Shown here piece after piece: positions 37,002 through 46,131 of a stretch of 64,000 nt of DNA; the first letter of the stretch is position 1; every line of letters starts with the position of its first letter. This DNA is from Clostridia bacterium DTU022. Lineage in GTDB: Bacteria; Bacillota; Dethiobacteria; DTU022. The notes below the pieces were generated by a model that did no database searches, was not told where the DNA came from, and worked only from the letters and a program-made list of their open reading frames with translations. The stretch spans positions 1,176 to 65,175 of the forward strand of contig LFRQ01000015.1 in assembly GCA_001512835.1 (NCBI GenBank). The letters run 5' to 3'. Made by a program: the position numbers and the translations under genes.

Positions 37002-37451
37002 CTAATCCTTCACCGGCTGGAAGTACTTGATGTCGTAAAAATCCCCCCGGCGCTCTTCATTCCATACCGCCTTGACTCTCATCCCTACCTTGATCTCCTC
37101 CAAGGGGACTCCGCCGATCATGTGCATGAATAAGTTGCTGGTCCCGTCCAGCTTAATCATCCCGTAAGCATAAGGCGGAGTGGAGGGCTGGCCGGGGTAG
37201 GGGAGGTATACTATGGTGAAGGAGTCGATATAGCCTTCGTCGCTGACGGGAACGGGATCCTTCTCCGTCGGCGCAAAGCAGCGGGCGCAGACGGCCGTGG
37301 TGGGGACCACCACCTTCCCGCAGGAAGTGCAGCGGGAACCGTAAATAACTTTTTCCTCCTTCAGCCGTTCAAAAAACAGGGTATTGTAGTAGCCGTAGCA
37401 CCAGTGGTAAGGGACGTAGCAGGTGCGCTTCACATTTTTGACAATCTCCAC
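37002..37451 (-). CDS. Zn-ribbon + OB-fold protein (DUF35), partner of SCP-x-type thiolases
   Basis: CTSCGKVVVPTTAVCARC rubredoxin-like ribbon followed by an OB fold. Confidence 0.7.
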   Translation of the reverse strand: MEIVKNVKRTCYVPYHWCYGYYNTLFFERLKEEKVIYGSRCTSCGKVVVPTTAVCARCFAPTEKDPVPVSDEGYIDSFTIVYLPYPGQPSTPPYAYGMIKLDGTSNLFMHMIGGVPLEEIKVGMRVKAVWNEERRGDFYDIKYFQPVKD

Positions 37452-37463
37452 TTTGACACCCCC

Positions 37464-37970
37464 TTATAGCACTGTAAAGCGGTCCAGGTCCAGAAGGAAG
37501 CCTTCCCGCTCTTCTTTCCACACGGCCCGCATCCGGCAGCCCACCTGGAGACGCGAGAGATCCTCCCCCCGGGCCAGGTGCAGAAAGTTGTTGGCCGCCC
37601 CGTCCAAGCGGACCATGACGATGGCATAGGGGGGGTCGGGAGGCCAGAGCAGGGGATGCTCCCCCAGGTCCGCCGGATGGATCCGGCGGCGCAGGTACTC
37701 GTCATCGGGGCGCGGCCCAAAGAGATTGGCTTCCACCACGGTAAAGCTGACCAGATCCCCCTCCTCCCCCAGGGGCCGGCACTGCTCCGGGTCAAAATCG
37801 CCGCCGCACCGGGGACAGATGTCCTGGGGCGGGCAGTAGACCTCCTGGCAGCGGGGGCATTCAAAGCCGAGAAGCTGCTTCTCCTTTAATCCCCCCAGGA
37901 AGCGGCCGTAAACGGGCCCGCAGGTCCAGCGGAAGGGCACGGTAATATCCCAATCCAAAACCCTGGACAT
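37464..37970 (-). CDS. Zn-ribbon + OB-fold protein (DUF35)
   Basis: CPRCQEVYCPPQDICPRC ribbon. Start trimmed to MSRVLDW. Confidence 0.65.
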   Translation of the reverse strand: MSRVLDWDITVPFRWTCGPVYGRFLGGLKEKQLLGFECPRCQEVYCPPQDICPRCGGDFDPEQCRPLGEEGDLVSFTVVEANLFGPRPDDEYLRRRIHPADLGEHPLLWPPDPPYAIVMVRLDGAANNFLHLARGEDLSRLQVGCRMRAVWKEEREGFLLDLDRFTVL

Positions 37971-37995
37971 GTCTACACCTCCTTGGTCTCCAGGT

Positions 37996-39159
37996 TCAAG
38001 GCTTATCCTTGCCAAAGATCATAATCGTATGGAACTGGATGCCGCCGCCCCAGCCATGGCCCAGGGCCCGGCGGACTCCCGGTATCTGGTGCTCTCCGGC
38101 CCTGCCCATCACCTGCAGGGCGGCCTCAGCCTTCCGGAACATGGCGGAAGCACCGATGGAATTGGCACAGAGAGTCCCTCCCGAGGGGTTCACGGGAATA
38201 TCGCCCTCCATCCTGGTGGCGCCGCTCTCCATGAGGCGGCCGCCTTCACCCCAGTCGCACAGCTTCAGCCCTTCATACCAGATCAACTCCTGGACGGAGA
38301 AGGCATCGTAGACTTCCACCACGTCCAGCTCCCGGCGGGGGTCTTTGATCCCCGCCCGCTCATAGGCCAGCTCGGCAGCCTTGCGCAGCCCGATGGGCTT
38401 TGACCAGTCCCGGTCCACGTAGTTGATCCCTTCGTTTACCGCCACGGCACTAAGGACCCAGGCCGGATTGTCGGTGATGGCCTCTACGCGGTGCTCCGCG
38501 GCAAAGATCATGGCACAGGCGGCGTCGGAAGTGGGGCACATATCCGCCAGCCGCAGGGGATGGCAGAGCATCGGGGTGTTCCGGGCCCCTTCCAGGGTGT
38601 AGTCGGGAATGCGCAGCTGGGCGTACGGGTTTTTCAGAGCGTTGTTGCGGTTCTTTACCGCCACCATGAGGCCGTGGTCCTCGTTGTAGCCGTACTGGGA
38701 GTAGTATTTGGAAGCTTGCACGGCCACCGCCGAAGGAGCCCCGGCGGCAAACTGCCGCCCCATGATCGGGTCGTAAACGGTGGAGAGTCCGATCTGGGCG
38801 GAGGAGGTCTCGTTCAGCTTGTTCCCCGATATGGCCAGCACCACCTCGAACTTTCCGCTGGCCACCAGGTAGTAGGCGGCAATGGCCACGGAGCCGCCCA
38901 CAGTGCCTCCCGTGTGCACCCGGAAAAGGGGCTTGTTCAAGGCGCCCACGGCTTCGCCGCACCACTTTTCCGGATGGTTGACCCCCTCGAAGTACTCCGG
39001 GGAATGGCCGAAAGCCACGGCATCGATATCCTCCGACTTTAAGCCGCAATCCTCCAGCGCCCGCTGGTAGGCCAGGCGGTAGAGCCCCGGGAGGCTCAGA
39101 TCCCAGCGGGACTTGTTCTCCGTCATCCCTATGCCGACAACAGCAACTTTCGTCGCCAT
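37996..39159 (-). CDS. Thiolase-like protein, SCP-x/lipid-transfer type (no obvious N-terminal nucleophile Cys)
   Basis: Thiolase fold with a C-terminal NPSGG..A motif. The N-terminal active-site region reads HTGGTVGGS. Confidence 0.7.
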   Translation of the reverse strand: MATKVAVVGIGMTENKSRWDLSLPGLYRLAYQRALEDCGLKSEDIDAVAFGHSPEYFEGVNHPEKWCGEAVGALNKPLFRVHTGGTVGGSVAIAAYYLVASGKFEVVLAISGNKLNETSSAQIGLSTVYDPIMGRQFAAGAPSAVAVQASKYYSQYGYNEDHGLMVAVKNRNNALKNPYAQLRIPDYTLEGARNTPMLCHPLRLADMCPTSDAACAMIFAAEHRVEAITDNPAWVLSAVAVNEGINYVDRDWSKPIGLRKAAELAYERAGIKDPRRELDVVEVYDAFSVQELIWYEGLKLCDWGEGGRLMESGATRMEGDIPVNPSGGTLCANSIGASAMFRKAEAALQVMGRAGEHQIPGVRRALGHGWGGGIQFHTIMIFGKDKP

Positions 39160-39171
39160 CGGTTCACCTCC

Positions 39172-40323
39172 TCATATCCCCAGGATAATGGCCAGGTTCG
39201 ACTGCAGGAAGAGGCCGCTGCAGGCATGGGCCAGGGCCCGCCGGACGGGCTTGGGCAGCTGGTACCCTTCGGCGGTCCCGGTAAGCTGGCGGCAGCATTC
39301 CACCACCCGGACCAGGCCCGCCGACATCACCGGGTTGGCACAGAGGGCCCCTCCCGAAGGATTCACCGGGAACTCTCCCTCCCGGTCGGTGACCCCCTCG
39401 GCCAGCAGGCGGCGCCCCTCCCCGGGGCCGCACCAGCCCAGGGCCTCGTAAAGCAGCAGCTCGTAAAAGGCATGCTGCTCGGTAATCTCCGCGAAATCCA
39501 ACTCCCGGAGGGGATCTTTTACCTGGGCTTCCCGGTAGGCCATGGCCGCCGCCGCCTTGGCGGAAGCGGAAGTGGAGAGGTCTTTATTCCCCGGGTAATA
39601 AAGGTCCTGGGAGAAACCGATCCCCTCCACCCGGACCAGGTCTTTCCCCCGTTCCCGGGCGTATTCCCCGGTGGCCATGATCACCGCCGCCGCACCGTCC
39701 GTTACCGGGGCGGTGGTCAACTCCCGGAGCGGGCTGGCCACCACGGGCGAAGCCAGCACCTCCTCCAGGGTGACGGGGCTTTTTAGCTGGGTGTGGGGAT
39801 TTATGCTCCCCAGGCGGCGGTTTTTAACGGCCACCGCGGCGAAGTCTTCCTCCGTGGCGCCAAAGCGATGGGCATAAACCCTGGCCTGCAAGGCGGCGGC
39901 GCTCTCCCCGGTCAGCCCCAGGGGCCGCAGCAAAAAGGGATCGCAGCTCATGTTGGTATAGAAAGCGGGCGCCGAATCGGAGATCTTGCCGTGGGAGACC
40001 ACCAGGCAATTGTTGTACTGCCCGGTAAGAAGCCGGTAGTAAGCGTAGGCCAGGGCATAGGCGCCGTCTTCCTCCACCTTGGACTCCTCTTTCATGTAAG
40101 CCCCCATTTCATCCACCACATAGGCGTTGGAAATGGAGGTCCCGTCCACCGTGTCGCAGGAGGCGGAGATGACCATATCGATCTGGCCGATCTCCATCCC
40201 CGCTTCCTCCAGCACCTTTTTCGTCACCTGGTAGAGCAGCTCGTTCCGAGACATCCCCTCGTTCCTGGGGGAGAATTCGGAGTGTGCCCAGGCGATAATC
40301 CCTACTTCCTTCATCTTGCTCAC
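39172..40323 (-). CDS. Thiolase-like protein, SCP-x type
   Basis: Thiolase fold. The N-terminal region SASCDTVDG carries a candidate nucleophile Cys. C-terminal NPSGG. Confidence 0.7.
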   Translation of the reverse strand: MSKMKEVGIIAWAHSEFSPRNEGMSRNELLYQVTKKVLEEAGMEIGQIDMVISASCDTVDGTSISNAYVVDEMGAYMKEESKVEEDGAYALAYAYYRLLTGQYNNCLVVSHGKISDSAPAFYTNMSCDPFLLRPLGLTGESAAALQARVYAHRFGATEEDFAAVAVKNRRLGSINPHTQLKSPVTLEEVLASPVVASPLRELTTAPVTDGAAAVIMATGEYARERGKDLVRVEGIGFSQDLYYPGNKDLSTSASAKAAAAMAYREAQVKDPLRELDFAEITEQHAFYELLLYEALGWCGPGEGRRLLAEGVTDREGEFPVNPSGGALCANPVMSAGLVRVVECCRQLTGTAEGYQLPKPVRRALAHACSGLFLQSNLAIILGI

Positions 40324-40332
40324 CTCCTCTGG

Positions 40333-41481
40333 TTACAGGTCCATCTGCCTGGAGATTATCTCCAGCATGATTTCGTCGGTGCCGCCCCCGATCCGGGCCA
40401 GCCGGCTGTCTCTCCAGAAGCGCTGGATGGGATAATCCATCATGTAGCCGTAGCCGCCGTGAAACTGCAGCGCTTCGTCGGCCACCCGGTGGGCCACCCG
40501 GGTGGCAAAGAACTTGGCCATGGAGATCTCTTTGCCCGGGAACTCTCCGGCGTTGATCTTTCCGGCCACGTAGTAAGTCAGCTGGCGGGCGGCTTCGATC
40601 TCGGTGGCCAACTGCGCCAGCCGGTGCCGGATGGCCTGGAACTTGCTGATGGGCCGCCCAAACTGGGTCCGCTCCTTGACATACTTGACCGCTTCGTCCA
40701 GGGCAATCTGCGCCCCGGCCACGGAGGATACCGCCCCGTACAGGCGCTCGGGCTGCAGTTCCCACATGATGTGGTAGAAGCCCTGCCCCTCCTGGCCCAG
40801 GATATTTTTGGCGGGAACCCGGCAATCCTGAAAGATGAGTTCGGCGGTATCCGATGACCTCATCCCCACCTTGTTAAGCTTGCGGGAGACGATGAAGCCG
40901 GGGGTTCCCTTATCCACGATGAAGAGGGTGATCCCCTTGTAGCTGGTGCTCCCCGGGGCCCTGGCCACCACCACGGCGAAATCGGCCCGCACCCCGTTGG
41001 TAATGAAGGTCTTGGCGCCGTTGATGATGTAGTGGGCGCCGTCGGGCTGGGCCGTGGTGCGGATGGAAGCCACGTCGGAGCCGGCGTCGGGCTCGGTGAT
41101 GCAGAGGCAGCCGATGAGCTCGCCGCGCAGGGCCGGGACCAGGTAGCGCTGCTTGATATCCTCAGAGCCTACCTTGTGGAGCAGCGGGCAGACCATGTCC
41201 GTTTGGACCCCTATTCCCATGGTCACCCCCCCGCTCCGGCAATGCTGCAGCTCTTCCGCCAGAATAACCCCGCACAGGTAGTCGCCGCCCTGGCCGCCGT
41301 ACTTCTCCGGGTAATGCAGCCCCAGGAAGCCCAGCTCCCCCAGACGCTTGAAAACCTCGTTGGGGAAACCCTCCGCTTCTTCCCACTCCTCGGCGTGGGG
41401 GGCCAGCTCCTTGATCACGAACTCGTGTATGGTTTTCCTGATGGCCCGGTGCTCATCGTTGAAGATAGGGTGGTCGCTCAT
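40333..41481 (-). CDS. Acyl-CoA dehydrogenase
   Basis: 382 aa. ACAD N, middle and C domains (CITEPDAGSD, QFHGGYGY). Confidence 0.85.
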   Translation of the reverse strand: MSDHPIFNDEHRAIRKTIHEFVIKELAPHAEEWEEAEGFPNEVFKRLGELGFLGLHYPEKYGGQGGDYLCGVILAEELQHCRSGGVTMGIGVQTDMVCPLLHKVGSEDIKQRYLVPALRGELIGCLCITEPDAGSDVASIRTTAQPDGAHYIINGAKTFITNGVRADFAVVVARAPGSTSYKGITLFIVDKGTPGFIVSRKLNKVGMRSSDTAELIFQDCRVPAKNILGQEGQGFYHIMWELQPERLYGAVSSVAGAQIALDEAVKYVKERTQFGRPISKFQAIRHRLAQLATEIEAARQLTYYVAGKINAGEFPGKEISMAKFFATRVAHRVADEALQFHGGYGYMMDYPIQRFWRDSRLARIGGGTDEIMLEIISRQMDL

Positions 41482-41492
41482 GGTTAACCTCC

Positions 41493-41960
41493 TTAATCCA
41501 CAATCTTGAAATGTAAAACATCCTGCAGACGCCCGGTCCGCTCCTCCCGGGGACGGAAGACCGCTTTAACCCGCAAACCCGGAGTCAGCTTCGCGGGGTC
41601 GGTCTCATCCACGAAGTGGGAAAGGTAGGTGTCGCAGCCGTCCAGCCTGATGTACCCCAGAGTGTAGGGGATGGGGCGCCTGCTCCCCGTCTCCGGGTCG
41701 ATAAAGGGATAGTTCACCACGGAGTAGCTGACCAGGGTGCCCGTATCTCCCAACTCCACTATCTCCTCCGGAGGGGTGAAGCAGGGACCGCAAACCACCC
41801 GGGGCGGCAGGTAGACCTTGCCGCAGGAGGGGCAGCGGTTGCCGATAAACTTCCCCTCATCGCGCAGCCTGGTTAAAAAGAGGGAACCGTAGCGACCCGC
41901 CGCCCAGTTGTACGGGATATCCACGTCCTCCTTCAAAAAAAGCAGTTCCGTCTTCTTCAT
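41493..41960 (-). CDS. Zn-ribbon + OB-fold protein (DUF35)
   Basis: CPSCGKVYLPPRVVCGPC ribbon. Start trimmed to MKKTELL (AAAGGAGTGGGGG ribosome binding site). I reject the 100-aa ORF-track N-terminal extension, which is low complexity. Confidence 0.7.
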   Translation of the reverse strand: MKKTELLFLKEDVDIPYNWAAGRYGSLFLTRLRDEGKFIGNRCPSCGKVYLPPRVVCGPCFTPPEEIVELGDTGTLVSYSVVNYPFIDPETGSRRPIPYTLGYIRLDGCDTYLSHFVDETDPAKLTPGLRVKAVFRPREERTGRLQDVLHFKIVD

Positions 41961-41977
41961 GCCCCCACTCCTTTCCG

Positions 41978-43132
41978 CTACCAGGGCCGGCGCCCCAGCA
42001 GCATCATGTCGCTCCAGAAGGCGCCCCCGAAACCGGTAGCCAAGGCCAGGTTGACATTGGGAACCTGGCGCCCTTCCGCCCGGCCCATGACCTGCAGGGC
42101 CGCCTCGCCAATGCGCAATAAGCCGGTGGCGCCGATGCAGTTGGTACAGATTACCCCTCCCGACGGGTTGATGGGCAGCTCGCCGCCCATGTCCGTCACT
42201 CCGTCCCAGAGCAGCCGGGGAGATTCTCCCGGGGGGCAGAGCCCCAGGGCTTCGATCCACTTCAAGCCGGCGAAGCTGTACGGCTGGTAGAGTTCGATGA
42301 CATCCAGCTCCTTCAAGGGCTCCTTGATCCCCACATACTGGTAAAGCTCCTTCGCCGCCCCTTCAATGGTATGCATCCTGGTGTAGTCGATGTCGTGGAA
42401 ATAGGCGTAATCATGGCGCACCGACGTGGCGATAACCCAGGCCGGCTGCGGCGCCAGGCGGCGGGCTTTCCTCTCCCCGGCAAAGATAACCGCGGCGGCG
42501 CCGTCGGTGCGCGGGCAGATATCCAGGAGCTTCACCGGCCAGGAGAGCATGGGGGAGTTCATGACCTCCTCCACGGTGACCGGGGTGCGGAGGTGGGCAT
42601 AGGGGTTGTTGGCTCCATGCCTCCGGTCGCGCACCGTCACCCGGGCGGCATCTTCCTGGGTGATGCCGTAGGCCTTCATGTAGGCGGAGGCTTCCACCGC
42701 CAGCCCCGGCAGGGCTCCGCTGAAGGAGAAGCGATCAAAAATAGGATCGCTGCAGGTGATAATCGCCCCGGTGGTATCCGATTCGGAGTTCTTCTCCCAG
42801 CCCACCACCAGAACCGTATCGAAGAGGCCGGAAGCCACGAAGTGGTAGCCGGCTATGCCCAGGGTGGTCCCGGTAGTCCCCCCGGTGGTAAGCTTAAGCA
42901 GCGGCTTCATGTAGGCCCCGGTCCCGTCGACGCTCCAGGTGTCCACATAGTTGACCCCTTCGAAGTGATCCATGTTGCCGATGATCATGGCGTCTATCTG
43001 GTCAAGGGTCAGGTCGGCATCTTCCAGGGCGGCGCGCACCGCCTCCTGGATCAGCTCCACTCCGTTGACGTCGTCCCGGCGGCTGCGGTGCCGGGTTTGA
43101 CCAAAACCGATGATGGCTACCCGCTGGGCCAT
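41978..43132 (-). CDS. Thiolase-like protein, SCP-x type
   Basis: Start trimmed to MAQRVAIIG (AAAGGAGGAG ribosome binding site). The N-terminal region TTGGTTGTT lacks a Cys. C-terminal NPSGG. Confidence 0.7.
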   Translation of the reverse strand: MAQRVAIIGFGQTRHRSRRDDVNGVELIQEAVRAALEDADLTLDQIDAMIIGNMDHFEGVNYVDTWSVDGTGAYMKPLLKLTTGGTTGTTLGIAGYHFVASGLFDTVLVVGWEKNSESDTTGAIITCSDPIFDRFSFSGALPGLAVEASAYMKAYGITQEDAARVTVRDRRHGANNPYAHLRTPVTVEEVMNSPMLSWPVKLLDICPRTDGAAAVIFAGERKARRLAPQPAWVIATSVRHDYAYFHDIDYTRMHTIEGAAKELYQYVGIKEPLKELDVIELYQPYSFAGLKWIEALGLCPPGESPRLLWDGVTDMGGELPINPSGGVICTNCIGATGLLRIGEAALQVMGRAEGRQVPNVNLALATGFGGAFWSDMMLLGRRPW

Positions 43133-43148
43133 AGCGATCTCCTCCTTT

Positions 43149-44303
43149 CTAGGCGCCCAAAACAAGGACGCAGTGGGACTGGCCGCAGGGGCCGTTGATG
43201 CCGTGGGCCAGACCCAGTTCCACCGGCTTGGGGCCCAGCTGCCGCGGGCCCGCTTCGCCCCGCAGCTGGAGAACCACTTCGATGACCCGGGCCAGGCCCG
43301 CTACCAGCACCGCGTGAGCGGAGAGAACCCCTCCCGAAGGATTGACGGGCAGGGAGCCCTCCGGGGCCGTCTCCCCGGAGCGAATAAGGGTGCCCCCCTC
43401 CCCCCGGGGGCAGAAGCCCATCTCTTCCAGCCAGAGCAGCTCCATGTAGGAGCAGGCGTCGTAGAGCTCCACCACGTCTATCTCCCGGAAAGGATCCGTC
43501 ACCCCGGCCATCTCGAAGGCCCGGCGGGAGGCTTCCCGCAAGGCCGGCGCCTCAGCCAAGTCGCGGTCGCCTAAGAAATGGTCCTCGCTGCAGAAGGCGC
43601 CTCCCTTGAGCCAGACGGGCTTCCGCCCCAGGCGGAGGGCCACCGGGGAATCGGCCAGGATCACTGCGGCGGCTCCGTCGGAAATGGGGGAGAGGTCGTG
43701 CCGCTTCAGGGGATCAGCCAGGACCGGTGAGGCCAGGACCTCCTCCACCGTCAGCTCCCCCGCCAGCTGGGCATAAGGGTTGCGGAGAGCGTTGCGCCGG
43801 TTTTTGACGCTGACCAGGGCAAAATCGGCCTCCGTCAGGCCGTACTTATCCATGTAGCGGCGCGCCTGAAGAGCGCAGGAGGATATGAACTCCAGCCCCA
43901 GGGGGCGGGTATAGATGTAATCGAACATGCTGTTGGTTATCATCATCGGGTCCCCTTCGGAGCCCTTGCTGTGCGCCACCACCAGGGTGGTGCGGTAAAC
44001 CCCGGAGAGGATGCGCATGGCCCCGTAGAACAGGCCGAAGGTGCCGTCCCCTTCCACCGTGGAGACATTTTTCCCCCCGGCATAGGAGGAGCCGCTGGCA
44101 TCCATGACGGCCATGCTGGAGATGGTGCGGCCGTCCCAGAAATCGTTGGACACGGTAACAATATTGTCGATATCCCCCATCTCCAGCCCGGCATCGGCCA
44201 GGGCGGCCACCGTTACCTCGTGGACCAGCTCCGCCAGGCTGGCGTCGTCCCGCCGGCGCCGGTATGGGGTCTGGGCTGCGCCGACAATGGCTACATTGGT
44301 CAT
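43149..44303 (-). CDS. Thiolase-like protein, SCP-x type
   Basis: Thiolase fold. C-terminal NPSGGVLS. Confidence 0.7.
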   Translation of the reverse strand: MTNVAIVGAAQTPYRRRRDDASLAELVHEVTVAALADAGLEMGDIDNIVTVSNDFWDGRTISSMAVMDASGSSYAGGKNVSTVEGDGTFGLFYGAMRILSGVYRTTLVVAHSKGSEGDPMMITNSMFDYIYTRPLGLEFISSCALQARRYMDKYGLTEADFALVSVKNRRNALRNPYAQLAGELTVEEVLASPVLADPLKRHDLSPISDGAAAVILADSPVALRLGRKPVWLKGGAFCSEDHFLGDRDLAEAPALREASRRAFEMAGVTDPFREIDVVELYDACSYMELLWLEEMGFCPRGEGGTLIRSGETAPEGSLPVNPSGGVLSAHAVLVAGLARVIEVVLQLRGEAGPRQLGPKPVELGLAHGINGPCGQSHCVLVLGA

Positions 44304-44770
44304 GAACCGGTCACCTCCCGGGGCCGGAAGTAGAGAATATCGAGAATATGCCCCCGGCGCTGCTCCGGCTCCTTAAACACCGCCTCCAGGAGCAGTCCCG
44401 GGCGCAGGTCCGCGGGATCCACCTCTCCCAGCAGGTGCGTCAGCCCGGTATCGGCGCCTTCCAGCTTGATCACGCCGTAGATCAAGGGCTCCTGGGGGGG
44501 GTGAATGCGGTGCCGGTAGTGCACCACGGTATAAGTAACCAGGCTGCCCCGGGGCTCCAGTTGCAGCCAGTGGGTTTTCGCCAGGCAGCGGGGACAGTTG
44601 CGCCGGGGGGGCACCATGGTCCGCCGGCACTGGGGGCAGCGGGTCCCCCAGATGCGGGCATGATCCCGGAGCTGGGTTAGAAAAAAGCTCCCCGTCTCTC
44701 CCACCGCCCAGGTATAAGGCATTCGGATCCTTCCCCGATAGATAACCGCCTCCTCTTCCGGCACATTCAT
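44300..44770 (-). CDS. Zn-ribbon + OB-fold protein (DUF35)
   Basis: CPQCRRTMVPPRRNCPRC ribbon. Confidence 0.7.
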   Translation of the reverse strand: MNVPEEEAVIYRGRIRMPYTWAVGETGSFFLTQLRDHARIWGTRCPQCRRTMVPPRRNCPRCLAKTHWLQLEPRGSLVTYTVVHYRHRIHPPQEPLIYGVIKLEGADTGLTHLLGEVDPADLRPGLLLEAVFKEPEQRRGHILDILYFRPREVTGS

Positions 44771-44807
44771 CCACTCCTTGCTGGTAATTTAAGCCAAGAC
44801 CGCCTCT

Positions 44808-45698
44808 TTACCGGGGATAGAGGTTCAGCAGCTCCCTGGCTTCCGCGGGGGTGGCCACCTCCCGGCCGCACATTTCGCAGAGCTTCACCGCCCACTCCAC
44901 CTGTTCATAGCTCCCCTTGGCCAGCCGGCGGTCGGGCATGCGAATGTTGTCTTCCAGGCCGACCCGGATATGGCCGCCGTAAGCCAGGGCGCTCAGGGCG
45001 GCGGAGATCTGGTTGGGGCCTACTCCGCAAACAGACCAGGTGGAACCCTCGGGGAGCAGCTCATACATGCGGGCCAGGTTGGCAGGAGAAAAGGGAACTC
45101 CCCCCGCCACCCCGAAGACAAATTGGAAATGCATGGGCTCATCGATGATCTTGCGCTTGTTGATCAGGAGCACGTTGTAGAGGCCGCCCAGGTCATAAAT
45201 CTCCAGCTCCGGCTTTACCTTGTTCTCCCGCATGATCAGGGCAAAGTCATTAAGCATCTGGAAGGTATTTTCAAACAAGATTTCCATGCCGATCTCCCCG
45301 GTTTGATAATCGGCCAGGGCAAAGTTCATGGAGTTGGTGTTCAGGGAGGCCATCTCCGGCTTCATCTCTTTAATGGGGGTAATCCGCTGTTCGGGGGTCA
45401 ACATTTGGCGAATGGCGCTGCTCATGTTGATGATCAATTCCGGGCAGCGCTCCCGGATGGCGTTGATGGTGGGCCGGATCAGGTTCAGGTCCTCCGTGGG
45501 CATTCCCGTTTCCGGGTCCCGCACATGGATATGCACGATGGAAGCGCCCGCTTTCCAGCACTTGTAGCTCTCTTCAGCAAACTCCTCGGGGGTATACGGA
45601 ACGGCTTCGTTCTGGTGCTTGAAGGTCGCCGCTCCCGATAAGGCGGCGGTAATAACCACTTTCTTGCGCAAAAGCTCGTTGACATACTGCTCGCGCAT
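44808..45698 (-). CDS. BKACE-family beta-keto acid cleavage enzyme (3-keto-5-aminohexanoate cleavage enzyme-like, DUF849)
   Basis: 296 aa TIM-barrel pattern (SIVHIHVRD, GLEDN). Confidence 0.7.
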   Translation of the reverse strand: MREQYVNELLRKKVVITAALSGAATFKHQNEAVPYTPEEFAEESYKCWKAGASIVHIHVRDPETGMPTEDLNLIRPTINAIRERCPELIINMSSAIRQMLTPEQRITPIKEMKPEMASLNTNSMNFALADYQTGEIGMEILFENTFQMLNDFALIMRENKVKPELEIYDLGGLYNVLLINKRKIIDEPMHFQFVFGVAGGVPFSPANLARMYELLPEGSTWSVCGVGPNQISAALSALAYGGHIRVGLEDNIRMPDRRLAKGSYEQVEWAVKLCEMCGREVATPAEARELLNLYPR

Positions 45699-45829
45699 GC
45701 AGAGTACCTCCTTAAAAACTTAAAAATAGGTAATTACAGATTGCCGGTATAATCCCAGGGATTGAAGGATTAATACCACCAGAGGTCAGAGGTTTTCATC
45801 TTGCTGCCAGATGAAGCAAAGCCCGTTCA

Positions 45830-46085
45830 TCCTGCAAGGGGCATTTTGCTGCCTGTTGGGAAATACTTGCTGCCTGTGGGGAACAACTTGCTGCCTGTGG
45901 GAAAATGACTTGTTGCTTGTAGGAAAATAACTTGTTTCCTGTAAGGGTAAGTTGCTGTCAGTAAGGGGAAAAACTTGCTGTCCGTAGGGAATATCTTGTT
46001 GCCTGTAAGGATAATCTTGCTGTCTGCAGCCAGTAGCTTGCTGCCTGTAGGGTCCGCTTGCTGCCTTAGGGGTATAGCCTGCCGG
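45830..46085. repeat. Tandem array of ~11 units of a 21-22 nt repeat, consensus TTGCTGCCTGTAGGGAAAAAC
   Basis: Head-to-tail units, for example ttgctgcctgttgggaaatac / ttgctgcctgtggggaacaac / ttgctgcctgtgggaaaatgac, with progressive degeneration toward both ends. There are no spacers. It lies in the intergenic gap between MaoC and the BKACE gene. Confidence 0.8.
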
Positions 46086-46131
46086 CAAAAGCAACACAGC
46101 AGCCGGGGGCGGTTTTCCCCGCCTGCCGGTC

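Noticed and set aside
45830-46085. CRISPR array hypothesis for the 21-nt tandem repeats
   Set aside because: Units are directly adjacent with no spacers, the repeat is only 21-22 nt and degenerate, and there are no cas genes in the window.
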